Shown here piece after piece: positions 1 to 9,659 of a DNA stretch of 24,000 nucleotides (its first letter is position 1; each line of letters opens with the position of its first letter). The position numbers were made by a program, and so were the translations under genes. The stretch lies in the NCBI GenBank assembly GCA_030150485.1, contig JASLFZ010000061.1:1-24000 (forward strand), written 5' to 3'. The notes under the pieces were generated by a model. That model saw nothing but the letters and a program-made list of their open reading frames with translations, ran no database searches and was not told the DNA's origin. The DNA is from Candidatus Saccharimonadales bacterium. Lineage in GTDB: Bacteria > Patescibacteriota > Saccharimonadia > UBA4664 > SCTI01.

Positions 1-108
1 GTTCTCCTTGGCCCAACGGCGATTGCCATCAAGGATAAGGCCGAGGTGGTGTGGCACCGTCGCCGGAGCCTTAATGGTTGGTGGAGTGAGCGGTTGAGTA
101 ACAGGCAT
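1..108 (-). CDS. uppS: Undecaprenyl diphosphate synthase (isoprenyl transferase), N-terminus, truncated by the window edge
   Basis: Hand translation of the minus strand from ATG at 108: MPVTQPLTPPTIKAPATVPHHLGLILDGNRRWAKEN; contains the conserved UppS motif (I/L)xDGNxRWA. Not in the supplied ORF track. Confidence 0.88.
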   Translation of the reverse strand, partial: MPVTQPLTPPTIKAPATVPHHLGLILDGNRRWAKEN

Positions 109-138
109 GGCTTAATTCTATCATTTTATTACCGAGAG

Positions 139-1200
139 TTACTGAAATTGCGTGTTAGTCGTAAACTCAAAATCGGCGACGGGCTGGCCGCTGTCGCCAA
201 TAGCGCCCAAGCTTTTCCCAGCTACCTGGCTGTTGGTAACGGTCAAATTGGTGGTGCCGCCGTTGGTGGTAGCGATAGTAACATTGTGGCCACCTTTAAA
301 GGTTTGGGTGGTACCGGGCAGCATGGTGCCGCGGAACCGTTGCTGGCCATCGATTTTGACGGTGATGGTAGTAGCCTTGGTTTGCACCTGTACGCTTACC
401 GCTACGCCGTTGAAGGGAGCTGTTGGCAGTGTTGAACCGGGCGCGGTGTTAGGCACGTGAGCCAAGATGTTACGCGTTACCGTGGTGGTTTTACCAAGCG
501 CATTTTTGGCTGAAATCTGAATGCTGTTAACGCCGCTTTCGAGCGCAATAGCGTCGGTAAAGTTACCGTTACCGTCAACTAGAATCGGTGAGCTGTTAAC
601 AAATAGATCGGCGCCATCGTTGACGCTGCCGGAAACGGTGATGAGGCTCCCGTATAGCACTTGGTCGTGGCTCGGGTTGGACACCACCAAATGGGGTGCG
701 GCGGTAAGCGCGCTGAGTTGGGTGGTAAGGTAGATTAAAACCGCGGCGGCGGCAATCGTGCCCCCCGCGAAGGTTAGCAGGCGCGGGGTCAGAACAAACC
801 GCGCAGCGGTTACGCGGGTGGCATGCTGGCGCTGGCGCTCTTGTTGGCCGCGATCGAGAGCGTAAGAGTCGGCTATCGCTTTGCCATCGAGGCCCAAAAA
901 ATTGGCGTAGCTTTGGACAAAACCGCGGCTGTACACATCGTTGGGAAGCGTGAGGTAGTCATCGGCCTCAATGGCCGTGAGGTATTTGCCACGAATGCGG
1001 GTAGCTCGCTCCACGTCGGCCAAGCTAATACCGCGCTCGAGGCGACGGTCTTTGAGTAGCTGGCCGGTACCCGCAGATACAGGGGGTGCAAAATCAGCGA
1101 CCTCGGCCGCATCACCCACGCTTTTTTTTGGCTGGGTTGAACGACTTGGGGCAGAGCGCGGCCGGGCGCTAGATTTCGGTTTCTTCGCTGGGCTCGGCAT
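139..1200 (-). CDS. RodZ-like / helix-turn-helix domain membrane protein with C-terminal extracytoplasmic Ig-like region
   Basis: ORF 139..1212; HTH segment GQLLKDRRLERGISLADVERATRIRGKYLTAIEADDYLTLPNDVYSRGFVQSYANFLGLD typical of RodZ, followed by one TM segment (FAGGTIAAAAVLIYLTTQL). Likely start MPSPAKK at 1200, overlapping ftsK. Confidence 0.75.
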   Translation of the reverse strand: MPSPAKKPKSSARPRSAPSRSTQPKKSVGDAAEVADFAPPVSAGTGQLLKDRRLERGISLADVERATRIRGKYLTAIEADDYLTLPNDVYSRGFVQSYANFLGLDGKAIADSYALDRGQQERQRQHATRVTAARFVLTPRLLTFAGGTIAAAAVLIYLTTQLSALTAAPHLVVSNPSHDQVLYGSLITVSGSVNDGADLFVNSSPILVDGNGNFTDAIALESGVNSIQISAKNALGKTTTVTRNILAHVPNTAPGSTLPTAPFNGVAVSVQVQTKATTITVKIDGQQRFRGTMLPGTTQTFKGGHNVTIATTNGGTTNLTVTNSQVAGKSLGAIGDSGQPVADFEFTTNTQFQ

Positions 1201-3289
1201 CTTCCGACTCACTCACACTACTTACAAGAACCTGGCGTGGCCGGGCGCCATCGGCTGGGCCTACCACTCCTCGCTCTTCGAGAATATCAAGCAGGCGGGC
1301 CGCGCGGGCGTAACCCACACGCAGGCGGCGTTGCAGCAGGCTGGCACTGGCTTTGCCCGAACGGATTACGGTATCGGCGGCTTCCTGGAAGAGATCGTCG
1401 TCGGCATCGCTAAAGTCGCCGCCTCCCCCACCACCGCCACCCATACTAACCGGCTGCGCCAGCACCTCTTCGTTGTACTGGGGCTGACGGGCGTTACGGA
1501 GGTAATCGGTGATCTTTTTGGTCTCCGCCTCGTCGGTGTACACGCCCTGAATACGGCGCGGCTTCGGGGATTCGGCGCTGGCAAACATCATGTCGCCCTT
1601 GCCAAGCAGTTTTTCGGCGCCGCCTTGGTCGAGAATGGTACGAGAATCCACGTAGCCCGGTACGCGGAACGCAATACGAGCTGGTACGTTAGCCTTAATG
1701 AGGCCGGTAATCACGTTCACGCTCGGGCGCTGAGTGGCTAGCACCAGGTGAATACCCGCCGCCCGCGCCAGCTGGGCCAGCCGCACAATCAAGGCTTCAA
1801 CCTCGGCACCGGCCAGCATCATCAGGTCGCTCATCTCATCGATAACAACCACAATGTAAGGCATGCTCTCTTCTTGGGTAATCAAGTTATACTCGTTGAT
1901 GTTGCGTTTGCCAACCTCAGCAAACAGTTTGAGGCGGCGCTCCATTTCAGCCACCGCCCATTTGAGTGCGCTAATGGTTTTTTCCGGCTCAACAATCACC
2001 GGCGTGAGCAGGTGGGGAATGTTGTTATACAGTGTCAGCTCGACCCGCTTTGGGTCAACCAGAATTAGCTTCAACTGGGCCGGTGAGTTCCGATACAGCA
2101 AGCTGGTTAGCAGGGTGTTGATCATGACCGACTTACCAGCTCCGGTAGCTCCAGCAATGAGGAGATGCGGCATGCTGGCAAGGTCGGCTAAAGCCGGGGC
2201 GCCGGCCACATCCTGACCAAGCGCGATGGTCAGAGGCGAGGTGGCAGATTGCCACTCTGGCGTGTCCATGAGCTGCCGCAGACGCACTTGGGCAATCGAC
2301 TTATTTGGCAGCTCCACGCCGACAGCACCCTTGCCGGGGATGGGCGCCTCAATGCGAACACTGCTAGCCGAGAGAGCGTAGGCCAGGTTTTGATCGAGCG
2401 CGGTAACCTTGTTGAGCTTAACGCCGCTGGCTGGCTTCAGGGTGTATTGGGTAACGGTCGGGCCCACGTTCACCTCCCCCATCGCCGCCTCAATGCTGAA
2501 GTTGGATAAGGTGTTCTGGATAATGGCGGCATTTTCCTTGATGTTGCCAGCATCGGGTTTGGTGATGCTTTTATTGAGAAGGTCAAGGCTTGGTGGGGTC
2601 CAATCGGGATCGCTGACACTGACCAGCGCGGTTTCGGGTGCCTTGACCGGCTTGGCTTTCTTGCCTGACCCCCCGATAGTGCCACGGATCTCGAGCTGGT
2701 TGGCCAGTGCGCCGGCCGGCTCGTTGATAGTGATTTCCTCTTTAGGCTCGCGCTTGAAGATGCCGGTAATACTCGCGAGCAGCTGGCTCAACCGCGTGTT
2801 GGCGGCTATAACGGTAAAAATAATCAGCAGTGCAAACAGAATGATGGCGGAGGCGGGTACGTTCAAAATCATCAAGAATAGCTTGCTGAGGCCATAGCCG
2901 AGCAGCCCTCCACCCTGACCTTGCCGAGCAACGCTCAGCGCCACAATCGGCCGGATACTAATATGCAACAGCCCAGCGAGTGCTACCACAAAGCCAGCAA
3001 AGCCAATGTAGTTATGCGCCTGAACCTCGTACTTTTCGGGCTGAAAAACCATGAAGGCGAGCATCAAAAAGATTACCGGCAGGACGTAAGCGGCAAAGCC
3101 GATAGCAAACCGCAGGCCACCAAATAGACCGGTCGCAAGCGAGCCGCCAAAGTTAAACATCGCAAAGATGAGGATAAGCGCGACTACCACCAAAATGATG
3201 GCGCCGATTTCGCGAGCGACGCCATCGCCGAGATTCGGCCGTAAGCTCAAACTGGGAATGGTAGTTTTTTTCTTTTTGCGCTTGGCCAT
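1169..3289 (-). CDS. ftsK: DNA translocase FtsK/SpoIIIE
   Basis: N-terminal TM helices, Walker A GATGAGKSVMINTLL, VVVIDEMSDLMM, C-terminal winged-helix gamma domain (RRLRVGYARAARLLDILEERGVVGP). Confidence 0.95.
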   Translation of the reverse strand: MAKRKKKKTTIPSLSLRPNLGDGVAREIGAIILVVVALILIFAMFNFGGSLATGLFGGLRFAIGFAAYVLPVIFLMLAFMVFQPEKYEVQAHNYIGFAGFVVALAGLLHISIRPIVALSVARQGQGGGLLGYGLSKLFLMILNVPASAIILFALLIIFTVIAANTRLSQLLASITGIFKREPKEEITINEPAGALANQLEIRGTIGGSGKKAKPVKAPETALVSVSDPDWTPPSLDLLNKSITKPDAGNIKENAAIIQNTLSNFSIEAAMGEVNVGPTVTQYTLKPASGVKLNKVTALDQNLAYALSASSVRIEAPIPGKGAVGVELPNKSIAQVRLRQLMDTPEWQSATSPLTIALGQDVAGAPALADLASMPHLLIAGATGAGKSVMINTLLTSLLYRNSPAQLKLILVDPKRVELTLYNNIPHLLTPVIVEPEKTISALKWAVAEMERRLKLFAEVGKRNINEYNLITQEESMPYIVVVIDEMSDLMMLAGAEVEALIVRLAQLARAAGIHLVLATQRPSVNVITGLIKANVPARIAFRVPGYVDSRTILDQGGAEKLLGKGDMMFASAESPKPRRIQGVYTDEAETKKITDYLRNARQPQYNEEVLAQPVSMGGGGGGGGDFSDADDDLFQEAADTVIRSGKASASLLQRRLRVGYARAARLLDILEERGVVGPADGARPRQVLVSSVSESEDAEPSEETEI

Positions 3290-3366
3290 ACTACCGCTTA
3301 TTATACCGCTTTTGCTCTGATAAGTACAGATAGAAATCGGGTTGGGTAGTGGAGAGGCCTCAAAGC

Positions 3367-5400
3367 TTAGCGCGTATCGACTTCGTTGATCACGGGCAGC
3401 ACCATTGGGTTGCGCTTGGTGCGGGCATAGAGGAAGTCGGCGACATCGTCGCGCAGGTTCATTTTGAACTTAGCCCAGTCGCCGTTACGCTGCTTGTCGC
3501 GGCGCTCAAAGCTCTTGCGGATCTCTTGGCGTACCCGGCCGATCAGCTCCTCGCTCTCCTTCATATGGACAAAGCCACGGGAGATGATGTCGGGGCTGGT
3601 GAGCAGGCGGCCGGACTTCTTATCAACGGTGGCGATAATCACCACCATGCCGTCCGAGCCCAGCGCCAGACGGTCGCGCAGTACCAGGTTTTCGACGTCA
3701 CCCACACCGGAGCCGTCGATCAAGATGATGCCACTTGGCACCCGCTCAACCTTCTTGGCGCCGCTGGCGGTGATTTCCAACACGTCGCCGTTATCCATCA
3801 CGTAACTGTTGGACGCGATGACGCCGTTTTTAACGGCGAGCTCGGCGTGACGGACCAACATGTGGAACTCACCGTGGATTGGCAGGAAGTACTTTGGCTT
3901 GATGAGGTTAATGAGCTCAGCGAGATCGTCGTTGGAGGCGTGACCGGAAACGTGCAGCAGCCCGAACTGATCGAGCTCGCGCAAGGTGTTGACGTACACC
4001 CGAGCACCCTCGCGCAGCAATGCATCAACGCTCGCTACCACAGCCTTTTCGTTACCCGGGATCGGGTTGGAGCTCAGAATGATGCTGTCTCCCGATTTAA
4101 TTTTGACGTGCGGGTGGTCGCCGGTGCTCATGCGACTCAGCGCCGAGTTAACCTCTCCCTGCGAACCGGTGCAAAGAATTACTACGTTATCATCGGACTT
4201 CTTGGCGGTATCTTGCACTCGGGTAATAAGCCCCGGCGGAACCTTGATGTAGCCCATTTTGACGGCCAGCTCGACGTTTGCAAGCATGCTGCGCCCAATG
4301 AAAGCGAGCTTACGATTAGCCTTTTCAGTGGCATTAATAATCAGCTGGACGCGCGTGAGCGAGCTCGCGAAGGTACTAATGATGATGCGGCCCGAAGCGC
4401 GACCAAATAGATCGTCAAGCGTGGGCTCAATCAGCTTTTCGCTGGGGGTACGGCCAACACGCTCGGTGTTGGTACTGTCACTCATCAGCAGCAAAACACC
4501 CTCTTTGCCGACCTCTTCAAGGCGGGCCAGGTCCATTTTGCGGCCATCGATAGGATCGGGATCCAGCCGCCAGTCGCCGGTGTGCACGAGCGTTCCAATT
4601 GGCGTGCGGATGATCGCGGCGGCGGCGTCGGGAATCGAGTGGGTCACCCGCGCCAGCTCAACGTTAAAGACACCGAGCTGAACGCGTTCGTGCGCATCGG
4701 GGTCCATCACCCGGAAGTCGGGCGTGCTGGCTAGCTTAAACTCCTCAATCTGCTTTTCGACCATAGCCAGGCTCAGCTTAGTGCCAAACACCGGTACGTG
4801 GAACTTGGGCAGCACATAGCCGGCCGCGCCAATGTGATCCATGTGACCGTGCGTAATAATAATGCCCCGAAGCTTATGGGCGTTCTTTTCGACGTAGGTG
4901 GTATCAGGAATAATGTAGTCGATGCCGGGCTGGTGTTCATCGGGGAAGGCAAACCCGAAGTCGACCATGATCATGTCGTCATCGTATTCGATGGCCATCA
5001 TGTTTTTTCCGACCTCACCGAGGCCACCAAGCGGGATAATGCGGATTTTAGGATCGCGATTGACCTGGTTGGCCTGGCGCCCCTTCACCTGGGTGGCCTG
5101 CTCGCCCCCAGTACCGTTGAAGCTGGATTTATTAACTGGGATAGATGGCGCGTTCATCAGCTTAGCCGCCATAGGGTTAGCTTGTTGCTGACGTCGCCGG
5201 GCCTTGCCATTGCTACCGCCGCCGTTGCCGCTACGACGCGGTGCGCCGGGATTACCGGCAGCCGGACGGTCGGTTTCGCGAACTTGCGGGCGTCCAGCAG
5301 CTGGCTGGCCGGGCCGCGCCGTCGGGCGGGACTGCCGCGGCGGGCGAGCGCTGTTTTGATTGTTTGATGTTTTATTTGATTGGTTGTTAGTTGGTTCCAT
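3367..5400 (-). CDS. rnj: Ribonuclease J family protein with a long basic, low-complexity N-terminal extension
   Basis: Metallo-beta-lactamase motifs (IIIPLGGLGEVGKNM, THGHMDHIGA, VHTGDWRLDP, LPIHGEFHM) and RNase J C-terminal domain; the first ~110 aa are N/Q/R/G-rich. Confidence 0.93.
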   Translation of the reverse strand: MEPTNNQSNKTSNNQNSARPPRQSRPTARPGQPAAGRPQVRETDRPAAGNPGAPRRSGNGGGSNGKARRRQQQANPMAAKLMNAPSIPVNKSSFNGTGGEQATQVKGRQANQVNRDPKIRIIPLGGLGEVGKNMMAIEYDDDMIMVDFGFAFPDEHQPGIDYIIPDTTYVEKNAHKLRGIIITHGHMDHIGAAGYVLPKFHVPVFGTKLSLAMVEKQIEEFKLASTPDFRVMDPDAHERVQLGVFNVELARVTHSIPDAAAAIIRTPIGTLVHTGDWRLDPDPIDGRKMDLARLEEVGKEGVLLLMSDSTNTERVGRTPSEKLIEPTLDDLFGRASGRIIISTFASSLTRVQLIINATEKANRKLAFIGRSMLANVELAVKMGYIKVPPGLITRVQDTAKKSDDNVVILCTGSQGEVNSALSRMSTGDHPHVKIKSGDSIILSSNPIPGNEKAVVASVDALLREGARVYVNTLRELDQFGLLHVSGHASNDDLAELINLIKPKYFLPIHGEFHMLVRHAELAVKNGVIASNSYVMDNGDVLEITASGAKKVERVPSGIILIDGSGVGDVENLVLRDRLALGSDGMVVIIATVDKKSGRLLTSPDIISRGFVHMKESEELIGRVRQEIRKSFERRDKQRNGDWAKFKMNLRDDVADFLYARTKRNPMVLPVINEVDTR

Positions 5401-5458
5401 ATGGTTCCTTTATTTAATGGTTAGTCGACTCCTCATGGGAGCCGAAAATTACTAATTG

Positions 5459-6040
5459 TTATGAGAGCTGGGCTAATACTTTCGGGATACCGGCAAAGTC
5501 ATCCAAGAGCTGCTGGCGCTGGCCGCCGTTATACAGCGCGGCTGCGGGATGATAAAGCGGCATGTACACCTGGCCGCCCTTGCGAAAGGCGCGACCATGG
5601 GCCTGGCTGATCTTGAGCTGTGGGAAGTATACGTTCATGGCGTGGCGACCCAAGAAAACGATGAGCTTGGGCGCGATCACTGCGAGCTGACACTGCAAAT
5701 AAGGCTTAAAGGCCTCGATTTCGGCAGGTAGTGGATCACGATTTTCCGGCGGCCGATATTTTACAATGTTGGTAATGTACACGTCGGCGCGGGCTAGGCT
5801 GATACTGGCCAGCATCTCGTCTAGAAACTTGCCAGCGGCGCCGACAAACGGTCGTCCCAGCTCATCCTCTTTAGCGCCGGGCGCCTCGCCGATAAAAACT
5901 ACCTCAGCGTCCGGACTCCCCTCCCCCATCACGAGCTGGGTGGCGGTGGCAGCCAGCTCAGGCGTCACCTTATCTGCCACAATAGCAGTGGCAATCTTAT
6001 CAAGCTCGATCTGCTGGGGGCTGGTGTTGGCCACGCTCAC
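5459..6040 (-). CDS. Uracil-DNA glycosylase, family 4-like
   Basis: Motifs [58 protein letters not shown] start overlaps the pnp 3' end. Confidence 0.88.
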   Translation of the reverse strand: MSVANTSPQQIELDKIATAIVADKVTPELAATATQLVMGEGSPDAEVVFIGEAPGAKEDELGRPFVGAAGKFLDEMLASISLARADVYITNIVKYRPPENRDPLPAEIEAFKPYLQCQLAVIAPKLIVFLGRHAMNVYFPQLKISQAHGRAFRKGGQVYMPLYHPAAALYNGGQRQQLLDDFAGIPKVLAQLS

Positions 6041-8159
6041 CGGACTCCTTGGCTGCCTTCATGCTCAAATTGAGGCGGCCTTTATCGTCAATTTCCATGA
6101 GCTTCACCGTTACAGTTTCGCCTTCCTTCAATACGTCGGTAACTTTATCGATACGGTGGTCGGCAATTTGCGAAATGTGCACCAGGCCATCTTTCCCCGG
6201 CATGATCTCCACAAACGCACCAAACTCCATAATTTTCACGACCGTTCCGGTGTAGATGGCGCCCACCTCCGGGCGGGCGGTGAGGCGGTCGATCCAGGCC
6301 ATGGCCTTTTTAGCACCCTCGCCATCGGTTGAAGCGATCATGATCAAGCCGGTATCCTCGATGTCGATTTCGACGCCGGTTTCGGCAATAATCTTGTTAA
6401 TGGTCTCGCCACCCTTACCGATAATCATCTTAATGTCGTTGGGATCGATCATCATTTTACTGATGCGTGGGGCGTGGGGGGCCAGCTCGGCTCGGGGCTT
6501 ATCGATCACTGCCATCATCGCCGCCATAATATGTGCCCGCCCCTTATGGGCCTGCGCGAGCGCCTGCTCCATGATTTTTGGTGTAATCCCCTTAACCTTA
6601 ATATCCATCTGCAGCGCGGTAATGCCGTCTTTGGTTCCGGCAACCTTAAAGTCCATGTCTCCGGCAAAGTCTTCGGCGCCCTGGATGTCGCTCAAGATGA
6701 CGTACTCCTTTTCACCGAGCACCAAGCCCATCGCAATACCAGCCACCGGCTTTTTAATCGGCACGCCGGCGTCCATGAGACTGATCGTGCTGCCGCAAAC
6801 GCTCGCCATACTGGTTGAGCCATTGGAGCTAATCACCTCCGAAACGGTGCGGATGGTGTAGGGAAAATCCTCGACGGCCGGGATGACCGGGAGGAGCGCT
6901 CGCTCGGCCAAGGCGCCGTGACCAATTTCGCGCCGGCCGGGGCTGCGCATCGGACGTACCTCGCCGGTACTATAGCCGGGGAAGTTGTAGTGGTGCATGT
7001 AGCGCTTAGTGGCGTCCAGCTCCATAGTGTCGAGGATCTGGGCGTAGCTGGTGCTGGCCAGAGTGGTGAGGTTGAGCACTTGGGTGGTGCCACGGGTAAA
7101 GAGGCCCGAGCCGTGGGTGCGCGGGATGATGCCTACCTGCATCGAAAGCGGCCGGATCTCTTCCGGCTTGCGGCCATCGGGACGAGCTTTTTCTTCGAGA
7201 ATAGCGCGGCGGATTTCTTTATCGATGACCTTTTCGAAGGCGCTCTCGAGGTCATCGCGGCCAAACTGACCGTCCTCGCCACCGAACTTTTCCACCACCT
7301 CGCGGCGGAGATTCTTAATGGCATCATGGCGCAAATACTGACTTTCGTGGCGGACGGCCTCACCGAGACGGTCTTTCAAGAAGTCTGCTAGCAGCACCTC
7401 GGCATCGTGGTTGTGGCGATGCAGCTCATACTCTTTGGCTGGCGCGCCGAGCTCACGCTTCATCTGCTCTTGGAGCTCAATGACCGGCTGCATGGTTTGA
7501 TGAGCCAGCTCAATTGCCTCAACCATGGTAGCCTCATCGATTTCCTCGGCACCCGCCTCAACCATCATGATGGCTTCTTTGGTACCGGCAACTGTTAGGT
7601 CAAGGTCGCTTCCGGCCATCTCGGCATTGGTTGGGTAAGCGGTTAATTTGCCATCGATGCGGCCGATACGAACGCCAGCCACCGGGCCTTCAAATGGAGC
7701 GCCGCTAATGCTAAGCGCGGCCGAGATCGCAATCATGGCAATCAGATCGGGGCTGTGTACCAGATCTGCGCTTAGAACGGTGGCGACCCCCTGGACGTCG
7801 TTACGAAATCCCTTAGGGAACAGCGGGCGGATCGGGCGGTCAATCAGACGCGCCGTCAATGTGGCCATCTCGCTAGCGCGACCCTCGCGCTTCATGAAGC
7901 GACTGCCAGAAATTTTGCCGGCGGCGTACATGCGTTCCTCGTAATCAATCAGCAACGGAAAGAAATCGATACCAGGACGGGGCGTGTTAGCCATAACGGC
8001 GGTACCAAGCACCATGGTGTCGCCATAACGCACGGTAACGGCACCATCGGCCAAAAAGGCGAGTTTACCGGTTTCAATGGTTAGCGTGCGGCCACAGAAT
8101 TCAGTTTCAAACCGCTGGGTCTTACCCCCAAAGGGGTGAATGATGTCAGATTGTGCCAT
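6000..8159 (-). CDS. pnp: Polyribonucleotide nucleotidyltransferase (PNPase)
   Basis: Two RNase PH domains, KH ([25 protein letters not shown]) and S1 ([33 protein letters not shown]). Start assigned to [12 protein letters not shown] at 8159. Confidence 0.96.
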   Translation of the reverse strand: MAQSDIIHPFGGKTQRFETEFCGRTLTIETGKLAFLADGAVTVRYGDTMVLGTAVMANTPRPGIDFFPLLIDYEERMYAAGKISGSRFMKREGRASEMATLTARLIDRPIRPLFPKGFRNDVQGVATVLSADLVHSPDLIAMIAISAALSISGAPFEGPVAGVRIGRIDGKLTAYPTNAEMAGSDLDLTVAGTKEAIMMVEAGAEEIDEATMVEAIELAHQTMQPVIELQEQMKRELGAPAKEYELHRHNHDAEVLLADFLKDRLGEAVRHESQYLRHDAIKNLRREVVEKFGGEDGQFGRDDLESAFEKVIDKEIRRAILEEKARPDGRKPEEIRPLSMQVGIIPRTHGSGLFTRGTTQVLNLTTLASTSYAQILDTMELDATKRYMHHYNFPGYSTGEVRPMRSPGRREIGHGALAERALLPVIPAVEDFPYTIRTVSEVISSNGSTSMASVCGSTISLMDAGVPIKKPVAGIAMGLVLGEKEYVILSDIQGAEDFAGDMDFKVAGTKDGITALQMDIKVKGITPKIMEQALAQAHKGRAHIMAAMMAVIDKPRAELAPHAPRISKMMIDPNDIKMIIGKGGETINKIIAETGVEIDIEDTGLIMIASTDGEGAKKAMAWIDRLTARPEVGAIYTGTVVKIMEFGAFVEIMPGKDGLVHISQIADHRIDKVTDVLKEGETVTVKLMEIDDKGRLNLSMKAAKESGERGQHQPPADRA

Positions 8160-8192
8160 AAGCTCCTTTACTATGCCTACGTGCCGGGGACA

Positions 8193-8215
8193 AGAATCCA
8201 ATCACAGATTGGAAT
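8193..8215 (-). promoter_or_regulatory. Hairpin in the pnp leader / rpsO-pnp intergenic region
   Basis: Minus strand GATTCCAATC-TGT-GATTGGATTC; 9 of 10 positions can pair. It ends about 33 nt upstream of the pnp start. Confidence 0.5.
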
Positions 8216-8304
8216 CAAAGCTCCATCACGTAAACATTGTTAGTGTTCCGCTCAGGTTTGAGCGCAGTGAGACGCTTTAGGCAAGCGCCCGGCTGCGATC
8301 GCGA

Positions 8305-8571
8305 CTAGCGACGTAAGTCGAGTTTTTTGAGGATGGCGCGGTAACGCTCGGCGTCATTCTTGCTTAAGTAATCAAGTAGGCGACGGCGCTTCCCGACCAT
8401 TTTCAGCAAACCACGGCGGGAGTGCTCATCCTTTTTGTGGAGTTGAAGGTGCTTCGTGAGCTCCTGAATTTGGCGCGTGAATATGCTGATCTGGACCTCT
8501 GGCGAACCAGTGTCCTTTTTATGGGTTTGATAATCGGTAATAACCTTCTTTTTGACGTCGGTTTTTAACAT
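8305..8571 (-). CDS. rpsO: 30S ribosomal protein S15
   Basis: [69 protein letters not shown]...; classic S15. Start at internal ATG 8571. Confidence 0.97.
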   Translation of the reverse strand: MLKTDVKKKVITDYQTHKKDTGSPEVQISIFTRQIQELTKHLQLHKKDEHSRRGLLKMVGKRRRLLDYLSKNDAERYRAILKKLDLRR

Positions 8572-8581
8572 TTCGGACTTT

Positions 8582-8610
8582 AGTGTAGCAAAAAACTGCT
8601 TAAAACGCAA
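8582..8610 (-). promoter_or_regulatory. Predicted sigma70-type promoter for rpsO
   Basis: Minus strand TTGCGT (8610-8605) - 17 nt - TACACT (8587-8582); the -10 box ends 10 nt before the rpsO ATG. Confidence 0.6.
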
Positions 8611-8616
8611 TGGGTG

Positions 8617-8901
8617 CTACACTTCTCCGGTATCGCGGCTCTCGAGACGAGCGATCCGAAAACCGTGCTCGGTAACCATCTGCTTCACCACATGAAGGTC
8701 TTCTTTGGTAATGGATATATCGGTAAAAGCGGTGTGGAACTTGCGGCTGGTCGCGGCAGCGAAGCTATCAAACTCGGTTTTAAACTGACCAAACCGGCCG
8801 TCGCTTTCGTCGAAGCGCTGATTCATCTCATCAAAGCGAGGCTGCATGACATCCGCTATGCTGACTTTTATGTTACTGAGATCGGTAGCTGTTAATGCCA
8901 T
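8617..8901 (-). CDS. Hypothetical small coiled-coil-like protein
   Basis: 94-aa ORF preceded by AAAGGAG-like Shine-Dalgarno (gcaaaaggagcgaactgATG); heptad-like charged sequence. Confidence 0.7.
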   Translation of the reverse strand: MALTATDLSNIKVSIADVMQPRFDEMNQRFDESDGRFGQFKTEFDSFAAATSRKFHTAFTDISITKEDLHVVKQMVTEHGFRIARLESRDTGEV

Positions 8902-9051
8902 CAGTTCGCTCCTTTTGCAGTTAATTGTAGCGCATAAGCGTTTCTAACTCTATGGTATGCGAACGAAATGCGAACAACAAGACTGGTTCTTTTTGGGGGA
9001 TGGGCTACAATTGCCATCTCATTTTAGCGGGTTGAGATTAACAAATTATTA

Positions 9052-9102
9052 AACGTTTCGTCCTTTTGGACTCATCAGAAAGACTACACAGTCTTTAACG
9101 TT
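9052..9102 (-). ncRNA. Hammerhead ribozyme, type III topology (predicted)
   Basis: Minus strand 5'-AACGU(stem III) U(H17) / AAAGACU GUGU AGUCUUU (stem I) CUGAUGA GUCC AAAA GGAC (stem II) GAA ACGUU (stem III). All invariant core positions are present and all three stems pair without mismatch. Predicted cleavage is between + coordinates 9097 and 9096. Confidence 0.9.
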
Positions 9103-9177
9103 GGGCCGCGAGGGACGGAGCAGCAGCAAGGATGAAACATCACTTGTGCGCCCGAACGCCCCTCACGGAAGCGCCTA

Positions 9178-9633
9178 TTAGCTAGGCCGTGGCACCTGGT
9201 TGATCTCGAGCTGTATGGCTTCACGAAGCTCGGCAACCAGGTGGTCTTTTTGCCGCCGCGAGTAACTTTCGTGCTTATCCAGCCATTCGATCACATGATG
9301 TGAGGTGAGGCTCACCAATACGGGTATCTTTGGCCATTTACGTCGAGGTATGAGCAGCTGGCTAACCTCGAATTTCTGCCCATTGTGCGAGGCAAATACA
9401 AGTATCTCGATGTCGTGCCTCCAATCACTCTTTGGGGCTTCCCCCAGAAGAGTGAGCTGCGCCATATACAGCGGAAGGGGCCAGGAGAAGTCGGCCACTT
9501 GCTTCACAGAGACAAATAGCTCCACTGTCGAATTGAGAGACGGCATTACAGCTTTGTTGCCTGATACTATCTGATTCGTCATGTCAATGCTCCCTTGGGA
9601 GGATGGGTAGGTAATCAACCATTCAACTGCCAT
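9178..9633 (-). CDS. Hypothetical protein
   Basis: 151-aa ORF; probable start is at 9633 or the downstream in-frame Met (MTNQIVSG, ~9582), which is preceded by AAGGGAG. No recognised domain. Confidence 0.6.
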   Translation of the reverse strand: MAVEWLITYPSSQGSIDMTNQIVSGNKAVMPSLNSTVELFVSVKQVADFSWPLPLYMAQLTLLGEAPKSDWRHDIEILVFASHNGQKFEVSQLLIPRRKWPKIPVLVSLTSHHVIEWLDKHESYSRRQKDHLVAELREAIQLEINQVPRPS

Positions 9634-9659
9634 ATGGCAGGAATATCTATATTATAGCA

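Noticed and set aside
46-435. Plus-strand 129-aa ORF
   Set aside because: Antisense to uppS N-terminus (clear on the minus strand) and the RodZ-like gene.
971-1741. Plus-strand 256-aa ORF
   Set aside because: Antisense to the RodZ-like gene/ftsK; composition mirrors high-GC coding sequence.
1810-1830. CTGATGA strings on the minus strand within ftsK (also near 2830)
   Set aside because: No GAAA element or stems; ordinary coding sequence.
3349-4410. Plus-strand 353-aa ORF
   Set aside because: Antisense to a strongly conserved RNase J gene; no motif of its own.
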